Shown here in pieces: positions 31,462 through 40,327 of a DNA stretch of 64,000 nucleotides; the first letter of the stretch is position 1; each line of letters begins with the position of its first letter. Location: contig CALQYT010000006.1 of assembly GCA_943348815.1 (NCBI GenBank), positions 2,501 through 66,500 of the forward strand, in the 5' to 3' direction. This DNA comes from Candidatus Nomurabacteria bacterium (GTDB taxonomy: Bacteria; Patescibacteriota; Minisyncoccia; Phycocordibacterales; SBAW01). Position numbers and translations under genes: made by a program. The notes beneath the pieces were generated by a model that saw only the letters and a program-made list of their open reading frames with translations, did no database searches and was not told the origin of the DNA.

Positions 31462-32361
31462 CTACCCCACCAAAAAGCCACCTAACACCAAAAGACACAC
31501 GGCCACGAGTTTAAAGTGCAGATGGGTGCGCGAAAAGCGCTCCCGCACCCGGTACCCAAAGAATATTTGGGCCACGAACGCAACCCCGAACAACACGATT
31601 GGCTCTAAGGACTCCATGGCCGCAACCTGCGAGACTGCGGCCAACACGAGCGCCTGTGTCCAGAGCGCCGTCCCGAGCGCATCGAACACTTTGCTCAGCA
31701 TGATGGGCGGCACATAGACACCCGCTGGGGTGGTAAGGAGGAGTCGGAATTTGCCTCGCATAATGATAATAAGCAGTAGTACGAGCCCACCCGCCATCCA
31801 TATATCAAGAAAAAAAGTCACGCCCGTAATCCCCTGCGTGACATGGAGACTCTTAAATACGTAGGCCTCGATGCCAGAAAAAATACTTTGGAACAGCAGC
31901 GCTCCCCACACCAACAGAGAAAATTCTTTTTTGATCCGGTGCGTGGTACCGTCGACAATAAAACCGATACCACCGAGTACCAACAAGGTGATGCCCGCAA
32001 TCTGCGCCAACGAAAAATGCAGTTGCAGCCCCTGCACATCGATAAAAAGAAACGCAAAGGGTGCCAAGTACCCTATTGCACCAATACCGGTCACTTCGAG
32101 ACGACGTAACACGTACGTATAGGACAGCGAGCTGACCACCGCCATAAGTACGAGTGGGAGCAAAATAGGTGGAAAGAGACCTTGTACGTGGCCGAGCCAT
32201 CCGGTTAATCCCAAACAAAAAGTAGCAAGTGAAAAACAAATAACGCGCCAAAAGGTCGCCACCAAGGAGTCGATGCGGCGATCTTCGACGAGTGCGAGCT
32301 TGTCTATAACGCCTTCAAACGCGTAGGCCAACAAAGACCCGAGGACAAAGAGCTGCCACAT
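31462..32361 (-). CDS. EamA/DMT family transporter
   Basis: About 10 TM helices in two repeats; 299 aa. Confidence 0.8.
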   Translation of the reverse strand: MWQLFVLGSLLAYAFEGVIDKLALVEDRRIDSLVATFWRVICFSLATFCLGLTGWLGHVQGLFPPILLPLVLMAVVSSLSYTYVLRRLEVTGIGAIGYLAPFAFLFIDVQGLQLHFSLAQIAGITLLVLGGIGFIVDGTTHRIKKEFSLLVWGALLFQSIFSGIEAYVFKSLHVTQGITGVTFFLDIWMAGGLVLLLIIIMRGKFRLLLTTPAGVYVPPIMLSKVFDALGTALWTQALVLAAVSQVAAMESLEPIVLFGVAFVAQIFFGYRVRERFSRTHLHFKLVAVCLLVLGGFLVG

Positions 32362-32373
32362 GTACTAATAGTA

Positions 32374-32844
32374 CTACTTAAAATTTTTACCAAACGCGTT
32401 CCAGGGCAAAGACATTTTTTGCTGCGCTTCGGGAAATTGGTTAATGATCCACTGCGCATAGGTGTTGCTGTTAGGGCCACGCAACACATAGTGGTCGCGA
32501 TGCGGGTAGGTTTGCGGCGTCGCTTCGATAGCCGCGGCCATTTGCTGTGCCACCGAACCTTCGCTGCCCTCAACCACTCCGCCAAGCCGCACGTCTTTAA
32601 ACCGACGTTTGGAGTAGAGAGAGCGCTCTATACCCTCAAAGGGGGCGTAATAATCTTGATGCAGGTGACCCCAGCGCAAAATAGCGTCCTCCGGATGCCA
32701 AAAAATCTCCCAGCGCGACAATACTCCTTTGTTATTAATGACAAACCACGGATGCCGCGCAAAATTAAAAGGAATTTCTGCCGGACAGGTAAAAAGAAAC
32801 ACTTGGTGGCGGTCCGGGTGCACTAATTTTTTAAAATCCTGCAT
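32374..32844 (-). CDS. DUF3750-like protein
   Basis: FARHPWF, RWE, YP...Y...GPNSNTY motif (permuted papain-like). Confidence 0.7.
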   Translation of the reverse strand: MQDFKKLVHPDRHQVFLFTCPAEIPFNFARHPWFVINNKGVLSRWEIFWHPEDAILRWGHLHQDYYAPFEGIERSLYSKRRFKDVRLGGVVEGSEGSVAQQMAAAIEATPQTYPHRDHYVLRGPNSNTYAQWIINQFPEAQQKMSLPWNAFGKNFK

Positions 32845-32849
32845 AGTGT

Positions 32850-33701
32850 CTACGCATTAAAATAGGCGATCAATTCGGACTCAATATGGTAATGGTGTAA
32901 CTGTTTTTGTAGAGAGTTTTTGATGTTGAGTTTGGTCGGATGAAAGCTGGGCTGATAATATTTGGCCCAATCAGGTAGAAACGACCGGTAGATACCTTTT
33001 TTACCAAACAAAAACGGTGCGGCCGTGCGCCAGGTGTGCCAGCTCCAGAGTACGTTGCGCTGCCGCATGATTGAAAAGATGCAGGCGTGATGTATGTAGA
33101 GCACGATCGCGCTCGCAATAGTGGCGACCGCAGCGCGCCTAAAGTAACCTCCACCAAGCTCCAAATATAAATCAAATACCGTTGCGCGGTGGTCGAGCTC
33201 CTCGAGCGCGTGCCAGGTCCACACGCGGTCCATACGCTCATCGACCCCCCTTCCCTCAAAAAATCCAACATCCAACACTTGCCGCGCACCGCAGGCGGTA
33301 AAGTGCTCGGTAATAGCGCAGATCGCAAGTTTGGTGAGCGTCGAACAATGACGATCATAAAAAGCGGTCATCCGGCGCACTTTGCCCGCATATTTAGCAA
33401 CCGGGTAGCGGTGTTTTTTTAAATACTCGTTATACGCATCGTGTACCCGCGCATGGGCGCGCTCTTCGTGCAAAATATCTTCGATACTTTCTTGTAACTC
33501 CGGTGCCGTAAGGAGCGGGCGCGCTTCTTCGACGCTACTCACGACAAACCGCTCCGCATCGGGGATAGTAATCGAGGCGGCGTTAAACAAAATTGTTACG
33601 AGCGCGTTTTCGTCAAACCACCACGGCTCAATGGGTACGTGTTCGTGCTTAAGTTCTTGGGCGTGCAACCGCTCCCGTTCGTTGACTATCGGTTCCGCCA
33701 T
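32850..33701 (-). CDS. Predicted metal-dependent hydrolase
   Basis: P..ERF.V, EE..H...H, EHFTA, W.WHA.EE..H..T.FDLY. Confidence 0.85.
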   Translation of the reverse strand: MAEPIVNERERLHAQELKHEHVPIEPWWFDENALVTILFNAASITIPDAERFVVSSVEEARPLLTAPELQESIEDILHEERAHARVHDAYNEYLKKHRYPVAKYAGKVRRMTAFYDRHCSTLTKLAICAITEHFTACGARQVLDVGFFEGRGVDERMDRVWTWHALEELDHRATVFDLYLELGGGYFRRAAVATIASAIVLYIHHACIFSIMRQRNVLWSWHTWRTAAPFLFGKKGIYRSFLPDWAKYYQPSFHPTKLNIKNSLQKQLHHYHIESELIAYFNA

Positions 33702-33716
33702 GGCAGCACTATAGCA

Positions 33717-34844
33717 CTAGCCAAGCTCCTGCAAACGGCGGAGTGCAAGACCCACCGCAACGCTAAATTCGGGGCCGGCTTCTTTGAGAATTGCTTCCAA
33801 AAATGCGGGTGCTTGGGTTTTGCCAAACGGGTCGGACAGACGGATGGGCGTTGTCACCTTGCTTTGCATAAATTCCTTCAGCCCGCGCAAGGTTGAACCG
33901 CCGCCAGTTAAAACCAACGCACTCAAAGTTTGGCTGGTGCGTGTCTCCCACGAACTAACCGTGCGCGTCAACTCGGCAATCATCGGGGTAAGGGAGAGTT
34001 CAAACGATTTTTTGAGGTCTGCACCCGCTTGGCCGGGCGGCAGCGAACCACCGCCTACCGTTGCCGGACCTTCGCCGCTCAAACCATATTTACGTTTGCG
34101 GTCTTCGGCTTGCGTCACCGTAAGCCCAAGCGCGCGACTCGCGTTGAGGCTTAAGTCCTGGCCACCATGATTGATAATGTGACTCTCGCGGATGAGTCCG
34201 CGTTCAACCACATAAAATTTAGTGGTCGCCGCGCCGATGTCGACTACCGCCACCGGCGCAAGCCCGTGGTCGAGCGACGCGCGCACCGCCGAAAATACTT
34301 CGATCTCAAAAAATGCAGGTAAAAGGGTTGCCTCTTGGCCGATACTTCTAAATTTCGCGATCGTGTCGTTGTGGATGGCAACCAAAAGCACTTCCATTTT
34401 GCCGTCCGGCCCCGGTTTTTTGGCATCCGAAACAAGAAACCAATCGAGCAACACTTCATTAATTGGTACGGGGATATACTTACGTGCCTCAATCGGCACC
34501 ACTTGGGCCAACTGCTTTTCGACCGTGGCGGGAAGGCGGATGATCGATACCAAGCTCGAGGAGTACGGGATGGCGATAGCGGCATCTTGCGTCGTCACAT
34601 TGGCTTCGCGGATGACATCTTTAAGCGCTTCGGCTATTTTTTCGGCCGGCAAAGAGGTAGCGCGGCCGATTTCGGTACCGGCATAGGGCCCGAGCGCAAT
34701 AGCACCATAGGTTTCGAGTACGACGCGGCCCTTTTCTCGCCGTAGCTGCACCACCTTGACCGCAGAGGTGCCAATATCAACGCCAATCACGCTTTTGACC
34801 TCTTTAGAGAACAGCGAAGAAAACGATGGAAGAGAAAAATCCAT
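33717..34844 (-). CDS. pilM: Type IV pilus assembly protein PilM
   Basis: GVDIGTSAVKVVQL, EARKYIP.P, VDIGA, LTGGGS.L.GL, AVGLALR. Confidence 0.93.
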   Translation of the reverse strand: MDFSLPSFSSLFSKEVKSVIGVDIGTSAVKVVQLRREKGRVVLETYGAIALGPYAGTEIGRATSLPAEKIAEALKDVIREANVTTQDAAIAIPYSSSLVSIIRLPATVEKQLAQVVPIEARKYIPVPINEVLLDWFLVSDAKKPGPDGKMEVLLVAIHNDTIAKFRSIGQEATLLPAFFEIEVFSAVRASLDHGLAPVAVVDIGAATTKFYVVERGLIRESHIINHGGQDLSLNASRALGLTVTQAEDRKRKYGLSGEGPATVGGGSLPPGQAGADLKKSFELSLTPMIAELTRTVSSWETRTSQTLSALVLTGGGSTLRGLKEFMQSKVTTPIRLSDPFGKTQAPAFLEAILKEAGPEFSVAVGLALRRLQELG

Positions 34845-34861
34845 TTACAATGTATTTTACC

Positions 34862-35473
34862 ATGTTTCGTGAGCTGATTTCTGAAGTGCTCGACCTACTA
34901 GTGCCGCCGCGCCCCACCGAGCGGGTGGTGCGGCTGCTTACCCTTGATGAGCTCCATGACTTGGCGCAGGAGGACGGCCTGCCCTATCACGACCCGCGCG
35001 TTACGGCGCTTATTTGGGAGCTCAAATACTACGGTACGCGCCGCGCACGGCAGTTGGCCGGCGCCTATTTGGCCGAAGTGTTGATGGCCGTTGCAGCCGA
35101 AGAGCTCGGCAAACCTTTATTAATCCCCATCCCCATGCACCAGAACCGTCGGAGGGAGCGCGGACATAACCAAACCGAGCTGCTGTGTAAAGCAGCGCTG
35201 TCTTTTACAGATCCGGTAGGATTTGAGTACGCTCCGACCGCATTAGTCCGGGTAGTCAACACCAAAACGCAGCAAGGTTTACCGCGGCAGGTACGCTTGC
35301 GTAATGTACACGGCTCGATGGCTGCAGGTCCCGGTGCCGAAAAAATAAAAGATAGAGTTTGTGTCGTGGTAGATGATGTCACCACGACCGGCGCAACCTT
35401 GCAAGAAGCACAGCGCGTGCTCCGTTTGTGCGGAGCGCGCGCTGTACATGTAACAGCGTTAGCTAGGTCTTAA
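34862..35473 (+). CDS. comF: ComF family competence protein (PRTase fold)
   Basis: ELKYYG, PIPMH..R.RERG.NQ, VVDDVTTTGATL; lacks the N-terminal zinc ribbon. Confidence 0.9.
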   Translation: MFRELISEVLDLLVPPRPTERVVRLLTLDELHDLAQEDGLPYHDPRVTALIWELKYYGTRRARQLAGAYLAEVLMAVAAEELGKPLLIPIPMHQNRRRERGHNQTELLCKAALSFTDPVGFEYAPTALVRVVNTKTQQGLPRQVRLRNVHGSMAAGPGAEKIKDRVCVVVDDVTTTGATLQEAQRVLRLCGARAVHVTALARS

Positions 35474-35901
35474 AACGTAACCGGAATCTCAAGCTGATTT
35501 TCGTTTTCTGGCAAACCAGATGGGTTGTCTTTTTGCAGCACGAGTTTGCCCGTTGCCGTGGTCGGTTTATCGAACGTCAGCGTCGCCACAAACGGCACGT
35601 ACTCGGTGGTCATCCAGTCACCTTGCGCTTGTGCAGCAACTTGTCCAAGCTCTTTACCATTGGCATCATAGATTTTCACGGGGAAACTTGCCTCAAAATA
35701 CCAACCGCCTCGCGCCTTACCGGTGATCGTCAGTGGACTAGTAATTTTAATATTAGGAAGGGGCGAAGTAACTATGATCAAATCATCTTTCGATGCCGGG
35801 ACATTGGTAGGAGCAGGAGTACCAGTCGGCATCCCTTGTAGATACCACCACGCGCCTCCGGCAACAACCACCACGACTAGCACTGCAATAATTTGCTTCA
35901 T
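35470..35901 (-). CDS. Membrane-anchored Gmad2 immunoglobulin-like domain protein
   Basis: P.PN..ITSPL.ITGKARG.WYFEASFPV, DNPSGLPEN. Confidence 0.8.
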   Translation of the reverse strand: MKQIIAVLVVVVVAGGAWWYLQGMPTGTPAPTNVPASKDDLIIVTSPLPNIKITSPLTITGKARGGWYFEASFPVKIYDANGKELGQVAAQAQGDWMTTEYVPFVATLTFDKPTTATGKLVLQKDNPSGLPENENQLEIPVTF

Positions 35902-35917
35902 GTCAGTGTAGACGCTT

Positions 35918-36406
35918 TTATTGCGTCATCATTACTTTCGTATACGTAGTAACTTCGCCACGGCCTGTGAGGTCGGTGGTGGTCATCGTCTTGTCGTCGA
36001 CTTTGTTAACCACAAAGAAGGTTGTTTCAACGCCGCCGTCCCACACTACTTGTATGATCGGTAAGCCCGAGAGATTGGCGGCGAGTTTACTATTTGCCGG
36101 CAGTGCGGATGCGTTAACCGTACTCCACTCTCCGCCCGTGCCTGCACCCGCATCACCTTCGTAGCGGTCGATCATCACGCCGTCGGGGCGGATTTCGCGC
36201 GTAAATTTAGCGTCGGTTTTGCTCTGCCACATGCCCGACATTTTAGGGTCGCCAATATTTTCCTTCGTGTTCGAGGTTTGCGGCGTACTCGTTGCTTGCT
36301 GCGCACCCGTATCAGCGGGCGCCTTGCTCATTTGCGGCCAAAAATAAAATACTCCTGCGGCGATAATAACAATTGCGGCGACCACCCATCCTGCTGCTGC
36401 GTTCAT
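35918..36406 (-). CDS. Hypothetical membrane-anchored beta-barrel-like protein
   Basis: N-terminal TM helix, GMWQS, C-terminal TYTK. Confidence 0.7.
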   Translation of the reverse strand: MNAAAGWVVAAIVIIAAGVFYFWPQMSKAPADTGAQQATSTPQTSNTKENIGDPKMSGMWQSKTDAKFTREIRPDGVMIDRYEGDAGAGTGGEWSTVNASALPANSKLAANLSGLPIIQVVWDGGVETTFFVVNKVDDKTMTTTDLTGRGEVTTYTKVMMTQ

Positions 36407-36461
36407 AGAGTGAAAATTAAAAAAAATAATACGCCTAGTATAGCGCGTCTAGAAACTATCG

Positions 36462-38171
36462 CTACCGCAGGATTCGGCTTGTCGGTATCATGGGTACAAA
36501 TTCTTTGAACGCCTCTCTCAGCTCTTTAATGCCGATGGGTTTGGTGAGGTGTGTCGTAAAGCCGGCCTCGAGCGCTTTTACCTTGTCTTCTGAAAGCCCA
36601 TAGCCGGTGAGTGCGATGACGGGTATTTGTACTCCGCGGGCGAGCAGGGTATGGATGACCGTGTACCCGTCCATATGCGGCATACCGATGTCGAGAATAA
36701 TCACATCAAACTTCGAGAGTGCCGTATGCGCAAGAATCTCTGCACCCGAGTAAAGCGCTTCTGCATGACACCCCAACTTGTTGAGAAGTTTAACGAGTGA
36801 GTCCGCAGCCCGCACGTTGTCGTCAACCACCAGCACACGCTGTGTCATACTCTCATTCCCTTGCGCGCCCGGCTTGGAAGCAAAAGAAAGGACCTCGGTG
36901 AGCGGAAGCTTGACGGTAAACTCGCTGCCTTTATTCCTCCCTTCGCTCGTTGCCACGATAAAACCTTTGTGCAACTCTACTATTTTTCGTACCAACGCAA
37001 GCCCGATGCCTAACCCGCTTGCATTGGTGCTGTCGCGTCCTTGGTAATATATTTCAAAAATATTAGGGAGATCTTCAGGATGGATGCCTTCGCCGTTGTC
37101 GCGGATCTTAATAATCGCGTATTCCTCTTCCTTGGAAAGATCAACCCAGATAGAACCTCCTTGGGGAGTAAACTTGACCGCATTACTCATCAGGTTGGTA
37201 AAGGCCTGTTCTAGCCGCGTGTCGTCCGCCCACACCTGGAGCGGTGTTGAGGGGTAGGTAAAGTGGAGCGTAATATCCGAGGTGCGCAATAGCGCGTCGC
37301 TTGCCTTCAGCGAGCGCTCCACCAATTTGCGCAGCTCCACGGTGTGCGGGACTATTTCTATCTTCGCCTGCGTAAAGCGCGTGACATCCAAAAGATCGCC
37401 GAGGAGTTTCGTGAGGTGGTCAAACTGATACTCAATGTTGTCGAGCTCCTCGCGCACATCGGTCGTGGTTTCGCGCAACTTCAAAAGCTCCAACGAACTT
37501 TTGATGGGCGCAAGTGGATTGCGCAGCTCGTGCGAGAGCGACGCTAAGAAAAGGTCTTTGGCTTTGTCGCGCTTGGTTATTTCTTCAGAGAGGCGGCCGT
37601 TATCCAAAATGACGCCAAGGTCGTTGCAAAATTCTTGAAAAAACTCGAAAGCGCTCTGCGTGTACACTCTACCGGATTCCGCATACCCAAGCGAAAGCGC
37701 GCCGAGTGTCTTGCCTCGCGCGCAAATAGGAATAATCATGAGCGACTTCAGCCCAAGGCGTTGCATCGCCTCTAAATGCTCGGGCGAGCGAGCGCCTTGC
37801 CGTATCGTTTCGTCGGTAACGACCGGCACAAACTGTGCGTTGCCCGTCCTGATAGCCGTATACAGATCGCTAGAATTTTTTTCAGTCGTAGGGAAACGTT
37901 TTTCAAATTCAAAAAGATAGTCCGTCATCTTTTGGTCCTTGTGGATGACGGCGATACGCTCGAGACCATTACCCTCGATGAGTACGTCGATAGCGCACCA
38001 GTCGGCGAGCGAAGGTACGGTTAGTTTGGCTTTTTGGAGGAGCCACGTGCGGAAGTCTACTTTGGTCGAAAGGATCTTTGCCGACTCCATCATGAACCGG
38101 AGCTTGTTTTCGCGCGAGTCGAGGCGCAAGGCTTCGGCGGCGCTCAGGGTGTCTTTTTTAGGTTTGATCAT
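36462..38171 (-). CDS. Hybrid sensor histidine kinase (GAF-HisKA-HATPase-REC)
   Basis: LADWCAID (GAF), SHELRNPL, NAVKFT, DNGEGI, GLGIGL, VVDDN, LDIGMP.MDG, KPI; probable start MIKPKK. Confidence 0.93.
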   Translation of the reverse strand: MIKPKKDTLSAAEALRLDSRENKLRFMMESAKILSTKVDFRTWLLQKAKLTVPSLADWCAIDVLIEGNGLERIAVIHKDQKMTDYLFEFEKRFPTTEKNSSDLYTAIRTGNAQFVPVVTDETIRQGARSPEHLEAMQRLGLKSLMIIPICARGKTLGALSLGYAESGRVYTQSAFEFFQEFCNDLGVILDNGRLSEEITKRDKAKDLFLASLSHELRNPLAPIKSSLELLKLRETTTDVREELDNIEYQFDHLTKLLGDLLDVTRFTQAKIEIVPHTVELRKLVERSLKASDALLRTSDITLHFTYPSTPLQVWADDTRLEQAFTNLMSNAVKFTPQGGSIWVDLSKEEEYAIIKIRDNGEGIHPEDLPNIFEIYYQGRDSTNASGLGIGLALVRKIVELHKGFIVATSEGRNKGSEFTVKLPLTEVLSFASKPGAQGNESMTQRVLVVDDNVRAADSLVKLLNKLGCHAEALYSGAEILAHTALSKFDVIILDIGMPHMDGYTVIHTLLARGVQIPVIALTGYGLSEDKVKALEAGFTTHLTKPIGIKELREAFKEFVPMIPTSRILR

Positions 38172-38283
38172 ATAAAAATTACGGCCGCGCAGGACATTGC
38201 CGTGTAGGTGCACTATAGACTCCAAACATGAAGATCTCCTAAAGATGAGCTCAAGCCTATCTTGTCAATACTTTTTTGGTCTG

Positions 38284-38424
38284 GGCGGTGGTGATGTCCC
38301 GATGTTCGAACCGAAACGGCTTCATTTCAGAAGCGTTGATAAAATCGTACGTGATTTAAGGCGAATCTACAAAGAAAATCCTGCCTTATTCGATATTCCT
38401 ACTTTTGCTCAGAAGATTTACTGA
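38284..38424 (+). pseudogene. Peptide tail paralogous to 39121-39273 (putative displaced integrase C-terminus)
   Basis: GGGDVPMFEPKRLHFRSVDKIVRDLRRIYKENPALFDIPTFAQKIY*. Confidence 0.6.
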
Positions 38425-39022
38425 TCTGCTCAACTTGCTCGTCGGAAAGCTTCGAACCGGCAAGACGAGTAGAGGCTCCAGCGGAAGCTATGAGGGTAGC
38501 GCGGCGGAGAATACACTCATTTAAGTAAGGAGAGAAATGTCCTTCATAGCGCTCTTGCAAGTCCTTGTTCTGCCAGTCCTTACCTGTAATCGTATGGCGA
38601 CATAGACTCGTACCACATTTGCACTCTCCTGGCATTATATAATTATCGTCAATAACGAAGGTTGCGTAGTCAATAGTGAGCTCCTCTTCAGGTTGTATAT
38701 TGCAACGAGCACTTATAGTTACCCCATCCTCCATCCAGGTATTAGGATCGCAGGAGTGATTATGGTTATAACTCGGGTCGTCGTTTTTAGTAGCATGGTC
38801 AAAAATGTCATACAAATTTTCTCCGATTCGCTGAACGGCTCTACCCTCCTGTTTTGCTTTTTGAGCCTCGGTTTCATTTACGAAATCTCCGCCCCAAATG
38901 ACAACCACTTCGCCAGTTTTGATTGGCTCAATAGCAAACAAACCTCTGCCGTGAGCCGGAGAGTTTCTTTCTTCTACTTTTGGACTAATCCAAGATTCTT
39001 TTAAATACTGTTTTTCGCTCAT
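38399..39022 (-). CDS. SET-domain protein (post-SET CxCxxxxC) with a Fic-derived C-terminal tail
   Basis: GRGLFA, NHSCDPN, EELTIDY, CKCGTSLCR. Confidence 0.9.
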   Translation of the reverse strand: MSEKQYLKESWISPKVEERNSPAHGRGLFAIEPIKTGEVVVIWGGDFVNETEAQKAKQEGRAVQRIGENLYDIFDHATKNDDPSYNHNHSCDPNTWMEDGVTISARCNIQPEEELTIDYATFVIDDNYIMPGECKCGTSLCRHTITGKDWQNKDLQERYEGHFSPYLNECILRRATLIASAGASTRLAGSKLSDEQVEQISKSSEQK

Positions 39023-39120
39023 AGTTCGAATCCCTTTGGGGTTCACTCATTTTATCATTTCTCAGTTTTGAGATGTAGCGCAAAATAAGGGAATTTTTAC
39101 TACTACTTTCCAAAACTACT

Positions 39121-39273
39121 GGCGGTGGCGATCTCCGCAAGTTAGAACCGGTAATCGCCTTAAAGTCCTTGAATTTCGGACGTATAGATAAAATTATACG
39201 CCGTTTGAGGCTATTTTACAAGGAAAATCCAGCCTCGTTTGATGTTCCGGCCTTTGCTGTTAAGGTCTACTAA
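39121..39273 (+). pseudogene. Start-less peptide tail at the prophage left end (putative displaced integrase C-terminus)
   Basis: GGGDLRKLEPVIALKSLNFGRIDKIIRRLRLFYKENPASFDVPAFAVKVY*; in-frame stop at 39076 and no ATG upstream of GGGD. Confidence 0.6.
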
Positions 39274-39292
39274 GATCGGATTTTAGCTAAAT

Positions 39293-39511
39293 CTAAAGAG
39301 TTCCTTGCTGGCCTTCGCTCTCCTCGATCAATCTCTGCTCTTTGAGGTATCGGGTTATCGCATACCACGCCGAGTTGATCACTGGGATCAACAACGCCCA
39401 GCGAGGGTCGTTTTGAACGTAAGCGATCAGAAGCGGCAGGATGGACGATACTGCAGAGTAAAAGAAAACAATTGCGAGGTGCTTAAGTGCTTCTTTTTGA
39501 GGTGTTGTCAT
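39293..39511 (-). CDS. Putative holin
   Basis: 72 aa, two TM helices, charged C-terminus, next to the endolysin. Confidence 0.65.
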   Translation of the reverse strand: MTTPQKEALKHLAIVFFYSAVSSILPLLIAYVQNDPRWALLIPVINSAWYAITRYLKEQRLIEESEGQQGTL

Positions 39512-39516
39512 AGTTA

Positions 39517-40092
39517 TTAGTTAATTATTTGTTTTATCATTGCCAATCCTTCCTCTACTTTCCTCACACCCTCCTCGACTGAAGGCTTTGGCGTTTCTGT
39601 TTGCTGGTTGGCTAGTGCCACCAGTTCGTCGAGGATTCTTTTATTGGTTGCCGGGCAGTTTGGTTTCTTTGAGAAGATCTCAAAGTGGCCAACGACATGA
39701 TCACGGTCAATCGGAATCTGCCATCGCTGACAAATCTCTCGGATCAAGGTTGCGCTGGATTGCTTCATTGCTTCAGTCCATCCCTCGTCTGGCTTACCCT
39801 CATGTTCAATACCGATCGTGTACAGGTTCGGGTTTACGTTCGGTCTTATAAGTTTCCAAACTGGGGCGTCCACTCGGCCAGCGTGCCAGGCGGCGTCATT
39901 CTCTTGAACGTATTGGTGGACTTCGCCACTTTTTCCGATCCCATAGTGTGCGCTGACTTGCGAAGTTGGGTTGGCAAACCACGAGTCAGTGCCCGGTAGT
40001 GTGCCATCCATGATGTGAATGACCACTGCTTCTGGCCGGTAACCTTTGCGTCCCACCCAGAAGTTGGATGATTTCTTTTGAATGATGTTCAT
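39517..40092 (-). CDS. Endolysin, N-acetylmuramoyl-L-alanine amidase (Amidase_2)
   Basis: VVIH, VSAHY.I, AWHAG, N..TIGIEHEG, GH, CP. Confidence 0.93.
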   Translation of the reverse strand: MNIIQKKSSNFWVGRKGYRPEAVVIHIMDGTLPGTDSWFANPTSQVSAHYGIGKSGEVHQYVQENDAAWHAGRVDAPVWKLIRPNVNPNLYTIGIEHEGKPDEGWTEAMKQSSATLIREICQRWQIPIDRDHVVGHFEIFSKKPNCPATNKRILDELVALANQQTETPKPSVEEGVRKVEEGLAMIKQIIN

Positions 40093-40095
40093 AGA

Positions 40096-40323
40096 TTATT
40101 TGTTAATGGTTAGTAGTAGGTTGATGATGGCTGTAATGAGCCCGCCGATTGATGCCGTAGCAATAATCCAAAAGAACCGCTTGAGCCAATCAACGTCAGT
40201 TCCGACTTTGGTCATGTCGGTCTGCAGATGTACAAGATGATTGTCTTTTATTTCGTTCACGGCTTTTTCAACCCGGTCGAGACGCTCATCTTGTAGTTGG
40301 TTTTGGTAGTCGGTTCTATCCAT
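40096..40323 (-). CDS. Small coiled-coil plus TM protein (XhlA/holin-like)
   Basis: NHLVHLQ, WLKRFFW, C-terminal TM helix. Confidence 0.65.
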   Translation of the reverse strand: MDRTDYQNQLQDERLDRVEKAVNEIKDNHLVHLQTDMTKVGTDVDWLKRFFWIIATASIGGLITAIINLLLTINK

Positions 40324-40327
40324 GTGA

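Noticed and set aside
38197-38424. 75-aa ORF as a complete gene
   Set aside because: Homology to the second copy starts only at GGGD (38284). An in-frame ATG near 38245 exists, so expression is not excluded, but the upstream part looks fortuitous.
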